Shown here: positions 24,185-36,826 of the stretch, piece after piece
Layout of the letters: each line of letters opens with the position of its first letter
Numbering within the stretch: position 1 is the stretch's first letter
Source: Felis catus
Lineage: Eukaryota
Length of the DNA: 64,000 bases
Assembly (NCBI RefSeq): GCF_018350175.1
Contig: NC_058368.1
Span: 124,622,001-124,686,000 of the forward strand
Direction: 5' to 3'
Program-made: the position numbers and the translations under genes
Notes under the pieces: generated by a model
The model's database searches: none
What the model saw: only the letters and a program-made list of their open reading frames with translations
What the model was told of the DNA's origin: nothing

Positions 24185-24340
24185 AACGCAGTAGGGGTCA
24201 GTGGAAATAGCAATGGCCCAGAAGTCAGAAGGCCTACCATGCAGTCCCAACTCCACCACTAACCAACGTGGTCTCTCTGACACACCATAACCCCTCTGAG
24301 CTTCAGTGTCCTCATGTGTAAAATGAAGGAATTAATATAG
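24185..24340 (+). mobile_element. MIR SINE
   Basis: GTGGAAATAGCAATGG...AGTCAGAAGGCCT...AGTCCCAACTCCACCACTAAC...CAGTGTCCTCATGTGTAAAATG. Confidence 0.8.
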
Positions 24341-24507
24341 GTCATGGGCCAGAGTGAAGAGAGGGCGCAGCCAAATCATTATTTAACCCAAATTAACTGT
24401 TTATTCACTGAAAAATTTACATGAAGGCACAGAATAGAAAACCCATGAAAATGAGGCAACTCTGACTAAAACAAAAATGGGAGTCTAACCTTACCTAGAT
24501 TAATTCT

Positions 24508-25102
24508 ATGTTGCGCAAAATTCTAAGTTGGCCCCCAAGATTCCCAGCCCCCGTGTACATATACTTTCTCCTAGTTATTCAGTCAAACACTAATCTGACT
24601 ACTGCTGTAAAGGAATTTTGGAGATGTATTTAAGATTCTAAATCCACTGAACTCAAGATAGGGAGATTCTTTGGGTAGGCCTGACCTCTAATGATATGAG
24701 CTCTTCAAGTGTGAGTTTGTTCTGGCTGATGCCCAAAGAGGAAGACAGAGACCTGAAGCACAAGAAAAATTCAACACATCTCTGATGGCTTGAAGATGGA
24801 GGGGACCACATGGCAAGAAATACTGGTGCCTCTAGGAGCAAAGACCAGCCCTACCCTGCAAGCAAAGGAACAGGGAGCTCAGCCTATGACTATAACCAGA
24901 GAGAATTTGGAAGTAGACTTTTTCCCAGAGCCTCTACAGAACTCAGCCCAGTCAACACCTTCATTTAGCCTCCATACCCTAAACAGAGAACTCACTCATG
25001 CTATGCCAGACTTGTGACCTACAGAACTGTGAGCTAATATAAAGGACATTATTTTAGCTGCTAAATGTACGATAATGTGTCACATGACAAGAGAATTCTA
25101 TA
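24508..25102 (+). mobile_element. MLT1E/F-like (MaLR) solo LTR
   Basis: AATTCTAAGTTGGCCCCCAAGATTCCC start; GGCTTGAAGATGGAGGGGACCACATGGCAAG; GACTTGTGACCTACAGAACTGTGAG near the end. Confidence 0.88.
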
Positions 25103-25859
25103 CACTACCCTTAGCCTATGGTGGCTAGCTTCTCCACAGAAGGCCATCTTTTTAGGAGTCTTAGAGACCTCTGAACTGGACTGTCCCTGCCATCTCTCCT
25201 GACTCCAAGTTCCTACAATACCTCATTCTACTTCACTCTGAGGGCAGTTTTATGGAAATCACATCTGAAGCTGTGAACTTTGGGAAGTCTTAGTATTTTT
25301 TGGTCTGGTGACTTAGGAGCCATTAGAAAATGTGAATTGCTAAGCAGTAACTGTATAAACATGGAGCAGGGAAATAAACATTTTTCAGGATTTGTATAGT
25401 CTGATGATATTGAAAACATTGATACTCCACACAAGCAAGTTACATATCACACCTGAGCAGGCAGCTGACTGGATGAGATAGTTTACCTTCTACTTAAATC
25501 TCTAATCTTAGAATGCCAAAGGAGTTTTTCCTTTGTTATCCTGGTCACCTCATGAAGGTATTACATTCAGAGAGAAGAGTTGGCCTACCTAGGCGACTCA
25601 CAACAAGAATGAGGAAAAACTTGGCCTAGGAAGCTGGTGGAGTCCATCTGTATCCGTTGGGTTGTTCCCTTTGAATGTTCTCTGACGCAAAGGAGGAAAT
25701 TCATGAGTGACTTTAAATCTCATCGGTGTTCCAATGAAAACAGGAATATTGCCTGTGGAAACACTTCCTGACTTGGAAAAATAGTTATGACCTCTAAGAC
25801 CTTAGTTATCCCCATCATGTCTCAGTACTCTGTTGGTGGAACTCCCCTTTATCCATATG

Positions 25860-26095
25860 GACAGTGTAATAGACAGGGACAGAAACTTGGGTTTCAATCT
25901 TAACTCTGCATTTAACTAGCTGTATGTCCTACATAATTTACACAACATCTTTGAGCCTCATTTTCCTCATCCACAGGAATGAATAAGAGTGCCTCACTAA
26001 ATAATAATGCTCACTTCATAGAGTTCTATTGAAAATTGCACAATATAACATACACAAAATATCTCATAAAGTAGTCAATAAATATCAATATAGTT
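25860..26095 (+). mobile_element. MIR SINE
   Basis: GAAACTTGGGTTTCAATCTTAACTCTGC...AACTAGCTGT...TTTGAGCCTCATTTTCCTCATC. Confidence 0.8.
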
Positions 26096-26634
26096 AGTAC
26101 TGGTAGTTATATTTTTATTATAAATTTTCCTTTGACAGTTTCTATATGTAAAATCTACTGGAATCACTTCTTCCCTTTTAGGAAAACTTGATCATTCTGC
26201 CTCTGGCCTTGTACTCATTCATGCAGAATTTACAGAATACCTACAATATGGCCAGGACTCTCCTAGTAACCAATGTCAATGACATATAAAAAATATCTCT
26301 TATTCTCTAGCAATAATTCTCTGGCAAGTCAAGAACTTAAAGGCTTTGTTGGAGCATTGGGGTTGAGAAGCTTTTATAGGTAAAGAGAGGCTGCTTTAGA
26401 AAGTCTTGAGCATCACAGTTGAGTGAAAGGAACTCAGCACATAAAACAGTTAACAGGAAGCCACTTATATTGTAGAAGAAATAGAGCATGGCAGGTGAGG
26501 ATTCTTGTTTGATGACTAATCTTAGGACTAGTCAGCAGCATGCTGGGTGCTCTGGTGGGGAGGCTGGAGGCAAGGAGATAGTGGGAGGCTGCTCTTAAAT
26601 GCCTTTCAACATAAGTGAAGAACTTTTCTAGGGC

Positions 26635-26773
26635 AGAGCTCCTCAAACTGCAACATGCACTCAAACTCCCTGGGGATCTGGTAAAAAGGAAGATCCTGAT
26701 TGAATGTTTGCATTGAGTATCTGCCAGGAGATGCTGATACGACTGGTTAGGGACTACATTTGGAGTAATCAGG
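26635..26773. mobile_element. MER5A-like MITE inside minus-strand L2 remnants
   Basis: CTCCTCAAACT...CCCTGGGGATCTGGTAAAA...CCAGGAGATGCTGAT...CTACATTTGGAGTA. Confidence 0.65.
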
Positions 26774-26854
26774 ACCTAAACTAGAAAAGTCACAGCAGAA
26801 ATGGAGAGAAAGAGATGCACACATGAAAGGAAGTTTTGACAGATGTTAGCATTT

Positions 26855-27185
26855 GACACAGGCTACAAAATGGATGAACCTCCCAAAAATTGTGTTCAAA
26901 AAGAAGCCAGAAACAAAAGAACACAAATTATATGATTCCACTTATATGAAATGTCCAGTAAAAGCAAATACATAGAGACAGAGAGTAAATTAGTAATTGC
27001 CTAGGGCAAAGAGTGGAAGAGAAACGACTGCACATGGGCATGAGGTTTATTAGCTGATAAAAATGTTCCCAAATTAGATAGTGGTGATAGTTGTACAACT
27101 TAGTAAAAATACTAAAAATAATTGAATTGTGTCTTAAAGTAGGTGAATTTTATGGTATGCAAATAAAGCTATTAATTTAAAAAAT
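26855..27185 (+). mobile_element. Ancient L1 (L1MB-like) 3' end
   Basis: ATGGATGAACCT...AGAAGCCAGA...TATGATTCCACTTATATGAAATGTCCAG...TAGATAGTGGTGATAGTTGTACAAC...AATAAAGCT. Confidence 0.9.
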
Positions 27186-27674
27186 TTTAATAGAGAAATT
27201 TGTGTTTGAAGCATAGAAGATAACAGACAAGAAACAATACAAGAAAAAACTAATATGATAAGCCTGTGCCCACAGATAGGCTGGCCTCTGCTCTGTCTTG
27301 TAGCAAGTATGGAGGGACTTGAACCTGAGCTCACAGGTAACCTTGGTATTTTAGACACACACATAGCTAAATAAAGTCCTTTTAATGACCCCAAATCATA
27401 CCTTGTTTATAACTACCTTCACTGAAGGGTTGGTCAAAGTAGTAATCTGGAAATGCATCAAGGAAAAAGAAAACATTGGAAAATAATTAATGTAATAATA
27501 TAAACCAATGGCTTATCCATTATTTTTAAATACGTATCCTCTATTCATATCCCAGTAACATTTCTCAGATTGAAAACCTATGTATCTTCAGGTTTCCAAG
27601 CAGAAAATTGCACACAGAAATTGCTTTGCTTTTACCACAATCTGTATACAGCACCAAAACCTGAAGATTCTAGG

Positions 27675-27848
27675 TCACTATGGTCCTAGGACTAGAAGCA
27701 TTAGTATCACCTGAGAACTTGTTAGAAATACAAAATCTTAGGCTTCACTCTAGATTTACAGAATCAGAAACCAAGGGTGGGGCCCAGAAATTGTGTTTTA
27801 ACAAGCCTTCCAAGTGATTATTTACATGTTAATGTTTGAGAACTACTG
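27675..27848. mobile_element. MER5A MITE
   Basis: ATCACCTGAGAACTTGTTAGAAATACAAAATCTTAGG...GAATCAGAAAC...TTTTAACAAGCCTTCCAAGTGATT...TTTGAGAACTACTG. Confidence 0.88.
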
Positions 27849-28659
27849 CCCTAGATCATGTCCTATGCATATTTACCAGCCTCATTTGGTAAACATGTCA
27901 TTTCAAAGACAAGAGCTGCAGAGTTATGAATACAGAAGTTATGGCAAATACGGAGCATGTGGGAACCATTTCTGTCTTCCCCATCTATGCCAGTCACCGT
28001 TGATCAATGACTGCACTCTCACAATGAGTCAGGGTAGTAGGGACCTTGGGTTTGTCTTCCTATTTAGAAATCTGGGAGGAGACGGTTTCACCAGATACCC
28101 TCTACTAATATGAGACTGGGTGAGAAAGGCTAAAGTAGATTAGAAATTGTAACATCAAGAATTTGGCAGAGAACAAGAACCCAACCGAGTGTCACTGATT
28201 CCCCAGGTCTTAGGTAGCATGTAGAAGATTCAAAATTTCCTACTGCTTCAAGGGGGGACATGCACTGAAAAACTGGTGGACCAAACAAAGCCTGGAGTTC
28301 AAAGAAATAAATTCACAAATTTCCAGTACCTGGAATTCACAAAAATCCAGAATTAATGACAAAGAGACAGATATTAACATGAGGTCTCAAAAGTCCAAGT
28401 GGAATGAACCACATCTGGTAGAAACCAATGCAGTTGCCAGGTGACTAGGAAGGACAAAGCACATCTAAGTAGAGGTCAGAAAGGACCCAGAGGACTGCTC
28501 AAACCAAGGACCCATCTCCCAAGGGCCATGTTCAAGAAAAGTAAGCTTCCTTCTACCAGAGGCTGTTCGGGGGAAGGAAAGCTAAAAGGGGGTTTCCTTG
28601 AGAAAAGAGATATTGTCCTGATAGGGAGTTTAAGCTCTGACACAATCCAACATTTACCC

Positions 28660-28860
28660 AAAAGAGACAGTTGTAAACTGGTGGAAGAGATTGGGTTATC
28701 TGTGAGGCTGTAACCTAGACAGCAATTTTAGATCAATTATAAGAAAGAATGTTAAAATTTTTTGGCAAGCATCTGATTTATAGCTGTCCATATAAGACTA
28801 CTTACTGAAAGTTATTGATTCAAATATTTTTACTTTTAGATGAGTGCCTCCTGGTCCACC
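28660..28860 (+). mobile_element. L3/CR1 LINE remnant
   Basis: CAGCAATTTTAGATCAATTATAAGAAAGAAT...AGCTGTCCA resembles the CR1/L3 3' region. Confidence 0.45.
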
Positions 28861-29072
28861 TAAAACAAGTAGGGGTGGGAGGCAGAAGCAAAGGTTGGTC
28901 CGCACCATGGAGAGTTAACCAGCTCCAGGTTTCAACACGAGGTGCCCTTGTCCCATTTCAGAATGCTTTCCCTTCAGCCTGAAACGTTTCGACAGTTAGT
29001 GCCATTTGGTCCAGTCACACACTCACAGCTGGTAACTGGAGAAGGTGAACATGTGCTTCCAACATTCACTTT

Positions 29073-29215
29073 TCATAGAATCATTAGGTCAAAGATCATC
29101 TGGCCAAATGCTCTTATTTTACAGATGAGGAAACCAAGGTCAAAGAAGCTAAACTAAGTGTAGAAAGGCTGTAGACAAGGCCAGACCTAGAATCCAAATT
29201 GCTCTGACTCCAATA
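29073..29215 (-). mobile_element. MIR3-like SINE
   Basis: TCATAGAATC...AGATCATCTGGCCAA...ATTTTACAGATGAGGAAAC...CTAGAATCC. Confidence 0.8.
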
Positions 29216-31489
29216 TATTGCTTGAAATTTCTCCCATATCAAACTGTTCATAAACCAAAAATGATCAATTCCACACACTGTAGCTATATATTAAAATCCA
29301 AAGATTCAAAGCAATATCTTCCTTTAAAGTACCTATTTATGTTTGCTTCCTTTCTTCCCGGATTTGTTTTGAGAGATGTTAAGAGTCTCCTGATGAAAAG
29401 CTATTCTGAGAGAAACTGAGACAAAGTGTCCATGATCTATGGCTGCCAAAGTTAGCTCCTTCACAGCTGTACCAGTACATCGGAGGCTATGAGGCAGCCA
29501 AGCTGTCTTTGGTGTTGTATTAAGAGGTGTGAGCGCCTGGAATTCTACAATTCAAAAGGGCCTTCTGGGTGGCAGCTGCCTTCTCAGAGTCTTTGAAGGA
29601 CCACCCTGGTATGACTGAAGGAAGACTTTGCATGTGTCATGGGACATGACTTTCAAAGAGGGCCAAAATTCAAAGTCTTGACCAGTCCATGGGAACATGG
29701 ACAAATCTCAGACAGGATTTGGTGACAATGTGGTGCATATCTTATTTCTTCCATCACCTACAGAATTTTGTCTTTAATTTTATGGGGAAGAAAAATAGAA
29801 ATCAAAGCACTACCTGGATAACTTAATCCAAAAACACATGCTTGCTTTAGTCTCCTGGAATAACCATTCAGTAATCAATTCAGTAACTGTGAAATGAATC
29901 TCATGGGAGTTGTGCTTGCCTCAGGGTACCAGTTTGGAAGCCTACCTGCAACTCTCACCCAATGTAACCAGAACCTTCTCAGTTGCCTAGAGTAAAGAAT
30001 CCCCCAACCCCTTCTTTGTCAGAGACAGTGAGAGAACCATCTCCCTAAATTGAATTTTCAATACTTATTTTATTGCTGGCTGCTACTGTTTATATATTTT
30101 TAAAAATCTTCTCTCCATACACAGGGTTTCTTCCTCCACAATAATAATTGGCATAATGAACAAACATGGATGATTTTCTTCTTTAATTCTGCAATATGTC
30201 TCTGACTCCTGTTGGTTCTAACAGGAGGGAGGCAAATAAATTCAATTAAAATAACACTAAGTCTTGCATGTTATCTGCTATTAACTTCAATTTTATGATT
30301 AATTTTGGGATAGAGGCAATGTGTATCTAGGTCTGCAATTAATGGCAATTCTGAAAATACCTCTGCTATCAATTAACGTGCTTCAGATTTTCCACATTTT
30401 GAGGCGAGAGATTGAACACTATTGTTTGTTTAATGGTAAAGTCTGCAGATATTTCAACATCAAAAGTTCCTTAGCAAATCCTACTGTTGCTTTGGTGATG
30501 TCCAGCATTTCAATTTTGAATTCTCATATCGGTCTGAATAAAACTGTAAAATCTTTCTCTCCTCTTACATAAATATTCCTCCTTGTTTTCTACAAAAAAG
30601 AAAAAAATAAAACACACACATGCACATATCTCAACCTTCTTCCTTTTTCTCTCCTACTTTCTGTGTCCATTACTCTACCCATTAATGCCAGGTGGGCAAG
30701 CTGTCTTTACTCTCATCTTAATCCAAGTCCCTAGAAAGCAGTTTGGGAAAGCTTATGCCAGCTGGAAGTCTCAGGGAGGGCAAGCAGTATACATTTGCTC
30801 GATAGGACAGATTTCCTAGATACAAGTACCCTTGTCTGCTCACTTGGGCTGTCTGCCCTTCCTTATGCAGTCTGGAAACCAAGGTTTCTGATAGGTATTG
30901 TGGAGCAGCTGTCAGCTCACAGCCACCAGCAGATGGGCTTTCTGGCATATTCATGCCTGAGGAGCAGAATCCTTGGAAGAGATGGTACCATGATAAAGAA
31001 GAGAGGAAAGAAAAACCACCCCAGGATATCAGGGCTAAACCCCTAGTGGTAAAGGGTTACATACCACCATCTGCACTGGTGGCAAATAAGCAGGTGCATT
31101 TTACAGAAAGAGTGACATTTGTTTCTAAAAATTCTACTGGTTTTTTCAAGGACAACATTATTTGTACAAGTGAAGCTTTTTTTTTTCTTAAATCTCTACT
31201 CTCAATGACTTTCATGTGAGAACCATGTACTGACAGAATTTAGGGCTACTAAAGATGTTAGCTCTCATCCAGCTGAGCACTTGCATTTTAACAATATGGG
31301 AAACTAAATCCAAAAAGCTTAAATGGTTTTCCCAAGTTCCCAGACTAGAGGAGCTGTAGTTACAATTAACTACAACTAACTTACAAAGCACAACTTAAAA
31401 AAAAATTATTTGAATTATTAATAAGGCAACACATATTGAAAGAGAGGTAATAAATGATAGTATACAATGAAGGCAGAATATCATAGCAG

Positions 31490-31885
31490 TGTTAAAAACA
31501 AGACAGCAAGCCCAAAATGGAGTCCTTCATACTCAATCCCTTATGTTTATGCTAAGTCACCAAGGCAAGACTTAAATAGTTTCCACTGTCCCACACACGG
31601 AATTTTAAACCAGTCAGTCAATGAGGAATCTCCTGATCACCACTAATTAAGTAATCTGACTGGTAGACCGCTACCATCCTCTAAATGGAAGTAACTTTGC
31701 AATAACCAACCCATTTTGTACCTAATACAACTTCCTTGTTCCTGCTCCCTTCTACCAATGAAAGTCTTCCATTTTGTGTAGCTTCTCTTTCTATCTGCTA
31801 GATTGGATCCTGCCCAATTCATGAATCACTGAATAAATCCGGTAAGATCCTTAAAATTTACTCAGTTGAATTTCATTTTTTAACC
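31490..31885 (+). mobile_element. ERV1-type solo LTR, about 395 bp, family unassigned, inserted in a MIR head
   Basis: Inverted ends TGTTAAAAA / TTTTTAAC; U3-like CCCAAAATGGAGTC; AATAAA near 31832; MIR sequence resumes at GTGGTTAAAGCA...GGCTTTGG. Confidence 0.75.
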
Positions 31886-32039
31886 GTGGTTAAAGCATAG
31901 ATAGGCTTTGGGGGTAAGCAGATATAATTTTGAGGCTCAGCTCTACTATGTATTAACCACATCTCCTTAGAGGAATTTACCAAACCTCTTTTACCTTGTT
32001 TCCTCATCTGTAAACATTTGGATAACAGTAGAGCACACA

Positions 32040-32730
32040 ATTAGTAATATAACCCATCCCTTCATTATTTGTAACAGAACTCTGATCCTGCTGCTGAGAA
32101 AAGGGGGACAATTCCCCACCTATGTCCTTAATGGGGGATGAGGCAATTTTGACGTATATCCATGCAAATTCCTCATAAATACTCTCAGTCAGTAGCTGTG
32201 TCTGGGTACATGTCGTTTTTGAAAATGTTTTTCCTCTGGCTCAAAACTGTTCTCATAAAACTAAATGATTTTTTTTCTAGTTTTTTTACCTTCTTCCTCC
32301 ATAAGCTTCAGGGAAACAATGAAGCTTGACTGGCCTGGAAGCCAACCATGGTGGTCCTTTTCTACTTGCAATGGATGGTTGGTTTAGGCATGAGCATGTA
32401 AAGCAACTATGTGTACTATCTTGGGAATTGAGGGGCTTCAGGGAAAGATTTATAACAAGATGCCCATTCTTCCCATTAGGGAAGAAACCAGTTTTTGCCG
32501 TGTGTCGATCTGATGCAGCAACCATCTCAGGACCATGAGGGGAGCTTACTTGAGGATCACCTGCCATGTTAACAATGACAGAGCAAAAAGATGAAATATC
32601 AGATCCTGATGTCTCTGTATTTATCACCCTATGACTATTCTACAATGAAAGTTCTTGCAACATAAAGTAATAAATTTCTTTGTTGTTTCAGCAGTTTTGT
32701 GTTATAGTTGAATGCATCCAAATTGGCACA
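32040..32730 (+). mobile_element. Old MLT1J/K-like (MaLR) LTR, probably with an internal insertion at about 32090-32330
   Basis: TGGTTGGTTTAGGCATGAGCATGT, GCAGCAACCATCTCAGGACCATGAGGGG, AATAAATTTCTTTGTTGTTT and terminal GCATCCAAATTGGCACA. Confidence 0.7.
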
Positions 32731-32984
32731 GTAGTACTTATGATATATGTTACTGTGAATAGTAAATGATAAATGCAGTGAGAGAAATAGTATACACAAT
32801 CAAGCACCAAAAAAAAAAAATAAATACTACTTTCAATATTGTTGTATTTTATTATTATTATTATTATTGGTATTATCACTGAACATAAAGTGAAAATAAA
32901 TATCTCCAATATTTCCACATTTTTTTTCTGTAGTGACAAAAAATGGTTAATACTTTCTAGTATATCCTTAGGTCACTTTTTAAA

Positions 32985-33196
32985 TTTTTTTTTCAACGTT
33001 TATTTATTTTTGGGACAGAGAGAGACAGAGCATGAACGGGGGAGGGGCAGAGAGAGAGGGAGACACAGAATCGGAAACAGGCTCCAGGCTCTGAGCCATC
33101 AGCCCAGAGCCCGACGCGGGGCTCGAACTCACAGACCGCGAGATCGTGACCTGGCTGAAGTCGGACGCTTAACCGACTGCGCCACCCAGGCGCCCC
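32985..33196 (-). mobile_element. Young felid CAN-SINE with CpGs largely intact
   Basis: Near-identical to the copies at 35668, 48118 and 58400; perfect TSD CTTAGGTCACTTTTTAAA (32967-32984 and 33197-33214). Confidence 0.98.
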
Positions 33197-33226
33197 CTTA
33201 GGTCACTTTTTAAAAAAACAAAAATA

Positions 33227-33453
33227 GGGGCACCTGGGTGGCTCAGTAGGTTAGGCATCTATCTGACTTTGGCTCAGGTCATGATCTAGTGGTTCATGGG
33301 TTTGAGCACCACATTAGGCTCTGTGCTGACAGCTCAGAGCTTGGAGCCTGCTTTGGATTCTGTCTCTCCTTGTCTCTCTGCTCCTCCCTTCACTCACTCT
33401 CTCTCTCTGTCTCTCTCAAAAATAAATAAACACTAAAAAGAAATTTAAAAAAT
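33227..33453 (+). mobile_element. Felid-type CAN-SINE (older, CpG-decayed)
   Basis: GGGGCACCTGGGTGGCTCAG head and A-rich tail; likely TSD AAACAAAAATA (33216-33226 and 33454-33464). Confidence 0.95.
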
Positions 33454-34309
33454 AAACAAAAATAAAATACTATACTTTTTTTCAATTCCAAGAGATTTCC
33501 TAATGGATAAGTCAGTGCCCATAGTAATTTACCAACTCAGATGAAAATTACCTCTAATCCCAAAAAGTGTGCTTCACTTAATACTCTCCCAAAGATTTGG
33601 AAATATTGCCTTAGTGCAAAAAACACTTGGCTTTTCAAAATCCTCCTTTTAAATGCAGAAGAAAAAAAAATATACTTAGACATGTCAAAGGACATAAATA
33701 ACCAGCATAGCCTGCCCTCATGCACATTAAGAGCCAGAGCCTGATTGCCCTGACAGGGGGTTTTTGATAGGGGATTACTGAGTTCTACAGTATTTGTGGA
33801 AGCAGAGTGGCACTTACTATATGGGACTGTAGCAATTTTATGGATCTGTTTCGAAAAGAATGTCACACTAAGTCAAATGATCATCGGGACACAGGTTGTA
33901 GCTCTTATCCGCTAAGGGTCCTGTGGTAACCAAGTGGGGCACAGAAATTAACCAAAGTTCAGGGACCCAAAAAGAAATCACTAAGCAGCGTGAGTAAGAA
34001 GAGGCTAACCGCCAGGCAAAATTTCCTCCAGAAGTGACAGGCAGTCAGGGAACATTTCTGACTGACTGAGATTCAGAAAAGTGAGAGTCCAGGAAGTTCT
34101 TTTCTCTTTCTTCCCTTAGAATTTGTAATAACAACTATTCCCTCTGAGCTTGATGGACCACAGAAGCATAAAAATGCTTGTCCCCTGAAAGGAGTAAGGA
34201 AGTGATTAAAAATTACCCCAAAGTTCAAACCTGTCCAAAAACTTTGTTTTTAAAATGTGATTTGGGAAGTACTTCCTGACTCTTCAATAAGAGAAAATCT
34301 ACCACTTGG

Positions 34310-34715
34310 GTAGAAATGTGGTATAGTATGACTTTACAGTTAAGACCAAGTTCTTATCCCAGCTGAACTTTAGGATCATACAAGAAGTTTTGCCTAAAAT
34401 GCTGATACCAGGGACCCTACCCGAGGTAACAGTTAAATCAGAATCTCTGGGACTGGGATTAAGCATATGAAAGTAGATAGGTATTTATTCGTGTGTATAT
34501 GAGTTTTCTAAGCTTTTCTAACTAAGTCCAGGGGTGAGAATTCACTGAAGTAGGCCCAGAGTTAAATCCTGAATTCCCAAATCTTAATTATGTGACCATG
34601 GACACATTATTTTCTCTCTAGGCTTCAGTCTCCTTTTCTGTAAAGAGGGGGTTACAATAGTATAATATACTAAATGATGCATGTAAAGAACTTAGCCTAA
34701 AACTTGATAGGTCAT
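34310..34715 (+). mobile_element. MIR interrupted by a MER5B-like MITE (about 34345-34547)
   Basis: AAATCAGAATCTCTGGG...GGGTGAGAATTCACTG followed by MIR core TGTGACCATGGACA...CAGTCTCCTTTTCTGTAAA. Confidence 0.65.
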
Positions 34716-35269
34716 GTCAGGTCCATCCTCCCTAACATGGGACTGTCACTTTATTCCTCTGCAGAGGGAGGTTGCACTGGCAGAAAAAAACAGTAGGTAC
34801 AGCAGAGTTCTGGGGAAATTCATTGGGAAGGGAAAGTGCCACTTTCTACTATTTTGCCCATCAAACGAGTTTGTGAATTCCTGGAAGAAAGCAAGTGTCC
34901 TGAAATAGCCACTTTAAATGACTGCATTAGAAACAATTACACATTGAGGCAAAAAAATTTCTTCTCCTTTTCTTCTCCTTACTGGCAGTTATACAAGATG
35001 ATGAAAGTTCTACCACATTCTGCTCTGGACCTTGGCCAGCCTGTCACAAATTTTTACAGGCAGTAAACAACCATGGAGGTGACTCCTGACATGAAAGATA
35101 CAGAAAAGCAAGAAGGACCAATATTCACCTGGCACCAAGCACCAGTGAGGTGCCACTGACAACAGGCTAGGATTTCCATGAGATTATACCTTTGTGTGTC
35201 TATCTCCACCATACTTAGGATCCCTGGGAACCAGGAAGGGACAGTATTTTTTAAATAATAGCTACCCCT

Positions 35270-35468
35270 GGCACACCTGGGTGGCTCAGTAGGTCAAGCA
35301 TCCGACTTTGGCTCAGGTCATGATCTCACAGCTTGTGAGTTCAAGCCCCACATTGGGCTCTCAGGGCATGGAAACTGCTTTGGATTCTGTGTCTCCCTCT
35401 CTTTATGCCCCTCCCCTGCTTGCACTCAGTCTCTCTCTCAAAAATAAATAAACATTTAAAAAATTTTT
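35270..35468 (+). mobile_element. Felid-type CAN-SINE with an internal deletion
   Basis: Perfect TSD AAATAATAGCTACCCCT (35253-35269 and 35469-35485). Confidence 0.96.
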
Positions 35469-35667
35469 AAATAATAGCTACCCCTTACTGAAAGCCTTCC
35501 AAGTACGAGGCATATATATACAGATATACATATAATTTATTATATTTAGTATTCACAACATTTAACAGAGGCACTGCTGCCCCCCACTATGAAAAGGAGA
35601 AACCTAAGGCTTAAGAAGATGAGTAACTTGCCCATGTTCACATAAATCTTGAAAACAGACAACTTTA

Positions 35668-35891
35668 TTTTTTTTTTAATTTTTTTTTCAACGTTTATTT
35701 ATTTTTGGGACAGAGAGAGACAGAGCATGAACGGGGGAGGGGCAGAGAGAGAGGGAGACACAGAATCGGAAACAGGCTCCAGGCTCTGAGCCATCAGCCC
35801 AGAGCCTGACACGGGGCTCGAACTCACGGACCGCGAGATCATGACCTGGCTGAAGTCAGACGCTTAACCGACTGCGCCACCCAGGTGCCCC
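35668..35891 (-). mobile_element. Young felid CAN-SINE
   Basis: Perfect TSD AAAACAGACAACTTTA (35652-35667 and 35894-35909). Confidence 0.98.
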
Positions 35892-35971
35892 AAAAAACAG
35901 ACAACTTTAATATGAGTCTGTGTCTGGCTCTAAAGATATTATACCTCAGGCTTTAAAAAGTACTGGGCATA

Positions 35972-36181
35972 GGGGCATCTGGGTCGCTCACTTGGTTGAG
36001 CGTCTGACTTTGGCTCAGGTCATGATCCCACAGTTCATGAATTCGAGCCCTGCACTGGGCTCTGTGCTGACAACTCAGAGCCTGGAGCCTGCTTTGAGTT
36101 CTGTGTCTCCCTCTCTCTCTGCCCCTCCCCTGCTTGTACTCTCTCTCTCAAAAATAAACAAACATTAAAAAAAATTTTTTT
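35972..36181 (+). mobile_element. Felid-type CAN-SINE
   Basis: Degenerate TSD AAGTACTGGGCATA (35958-35971) / AAGTGTTGGGCATA (36182-36195). Confidence 0.96.
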
Positions 36182-36619
36182 AAGTGTTGGGCATATGGTA
36201 CACCCTAATGTCTTATGAACAAAGTTGTTTCCTCTAGAAGAAAAGCAGAAGAGCTGGAAGTTAGCATCCATATCACCCCTATAATTCCTAACAGCTCTTA
36301 CTGATTTCTTCCAAACCATAGTAAGGAATAAATCCACCTAGGGAAGAGCAGCCTTCTCCCCAAATTGCTATGGATTTTTTTAATCAACCTGAAAAAACTA
36401 GACTTAGTGATTCATAAATTTTTTGAAACCTGAAGGGAAAACTAACACATATGTACTTATCTTATCTCCCCAACTTGATTGTATGCCCCTGAAAATAGAA
36501 TTATGCATTATACATCTTGCATTAATCAACAAGCTTAAGCAGAAATATGTGTCATTCTTGAGAAGGGTTCCAGGGCTGAGTAAATTCCTGCTGTTAACTT
36601 GGCCTTTTAGCAACATTTT

Positions 36620-36826
36620 TTTTTTAACGTTTATTTATTTTTGAGACAGAGAGAGACAGAGCACGAATGGGGGAGGGTCAGAGAGAGGGAGACACAGAAT
36701 CTCAAACAGGCTCCAGGCTCTGAGCTGTCAGCACAGAGCCCGACACGGGGCTCGAACTCACGGACTGTGAGATCATGACCTGAGCTGAAGTCGGCCACTT
36801 AACCGACTCAGCCACTCAGGCGCCCC
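36620..36826 (-). mobile_element. Felid-type CAN-SINE
   Basis: TSD TTAGCAACATTTTT starting at 36607 and 36827. Confidence 0.97.

Noticed and set aside
32839..33201. 120-aa ORF with an Arg-rich tail, and similar ORFs at 16129, 16212, 35920, 40893, 45277 and 48069
   Set aside because: These are translations of CAN-SINE sequence, which is why the same peptides recur.
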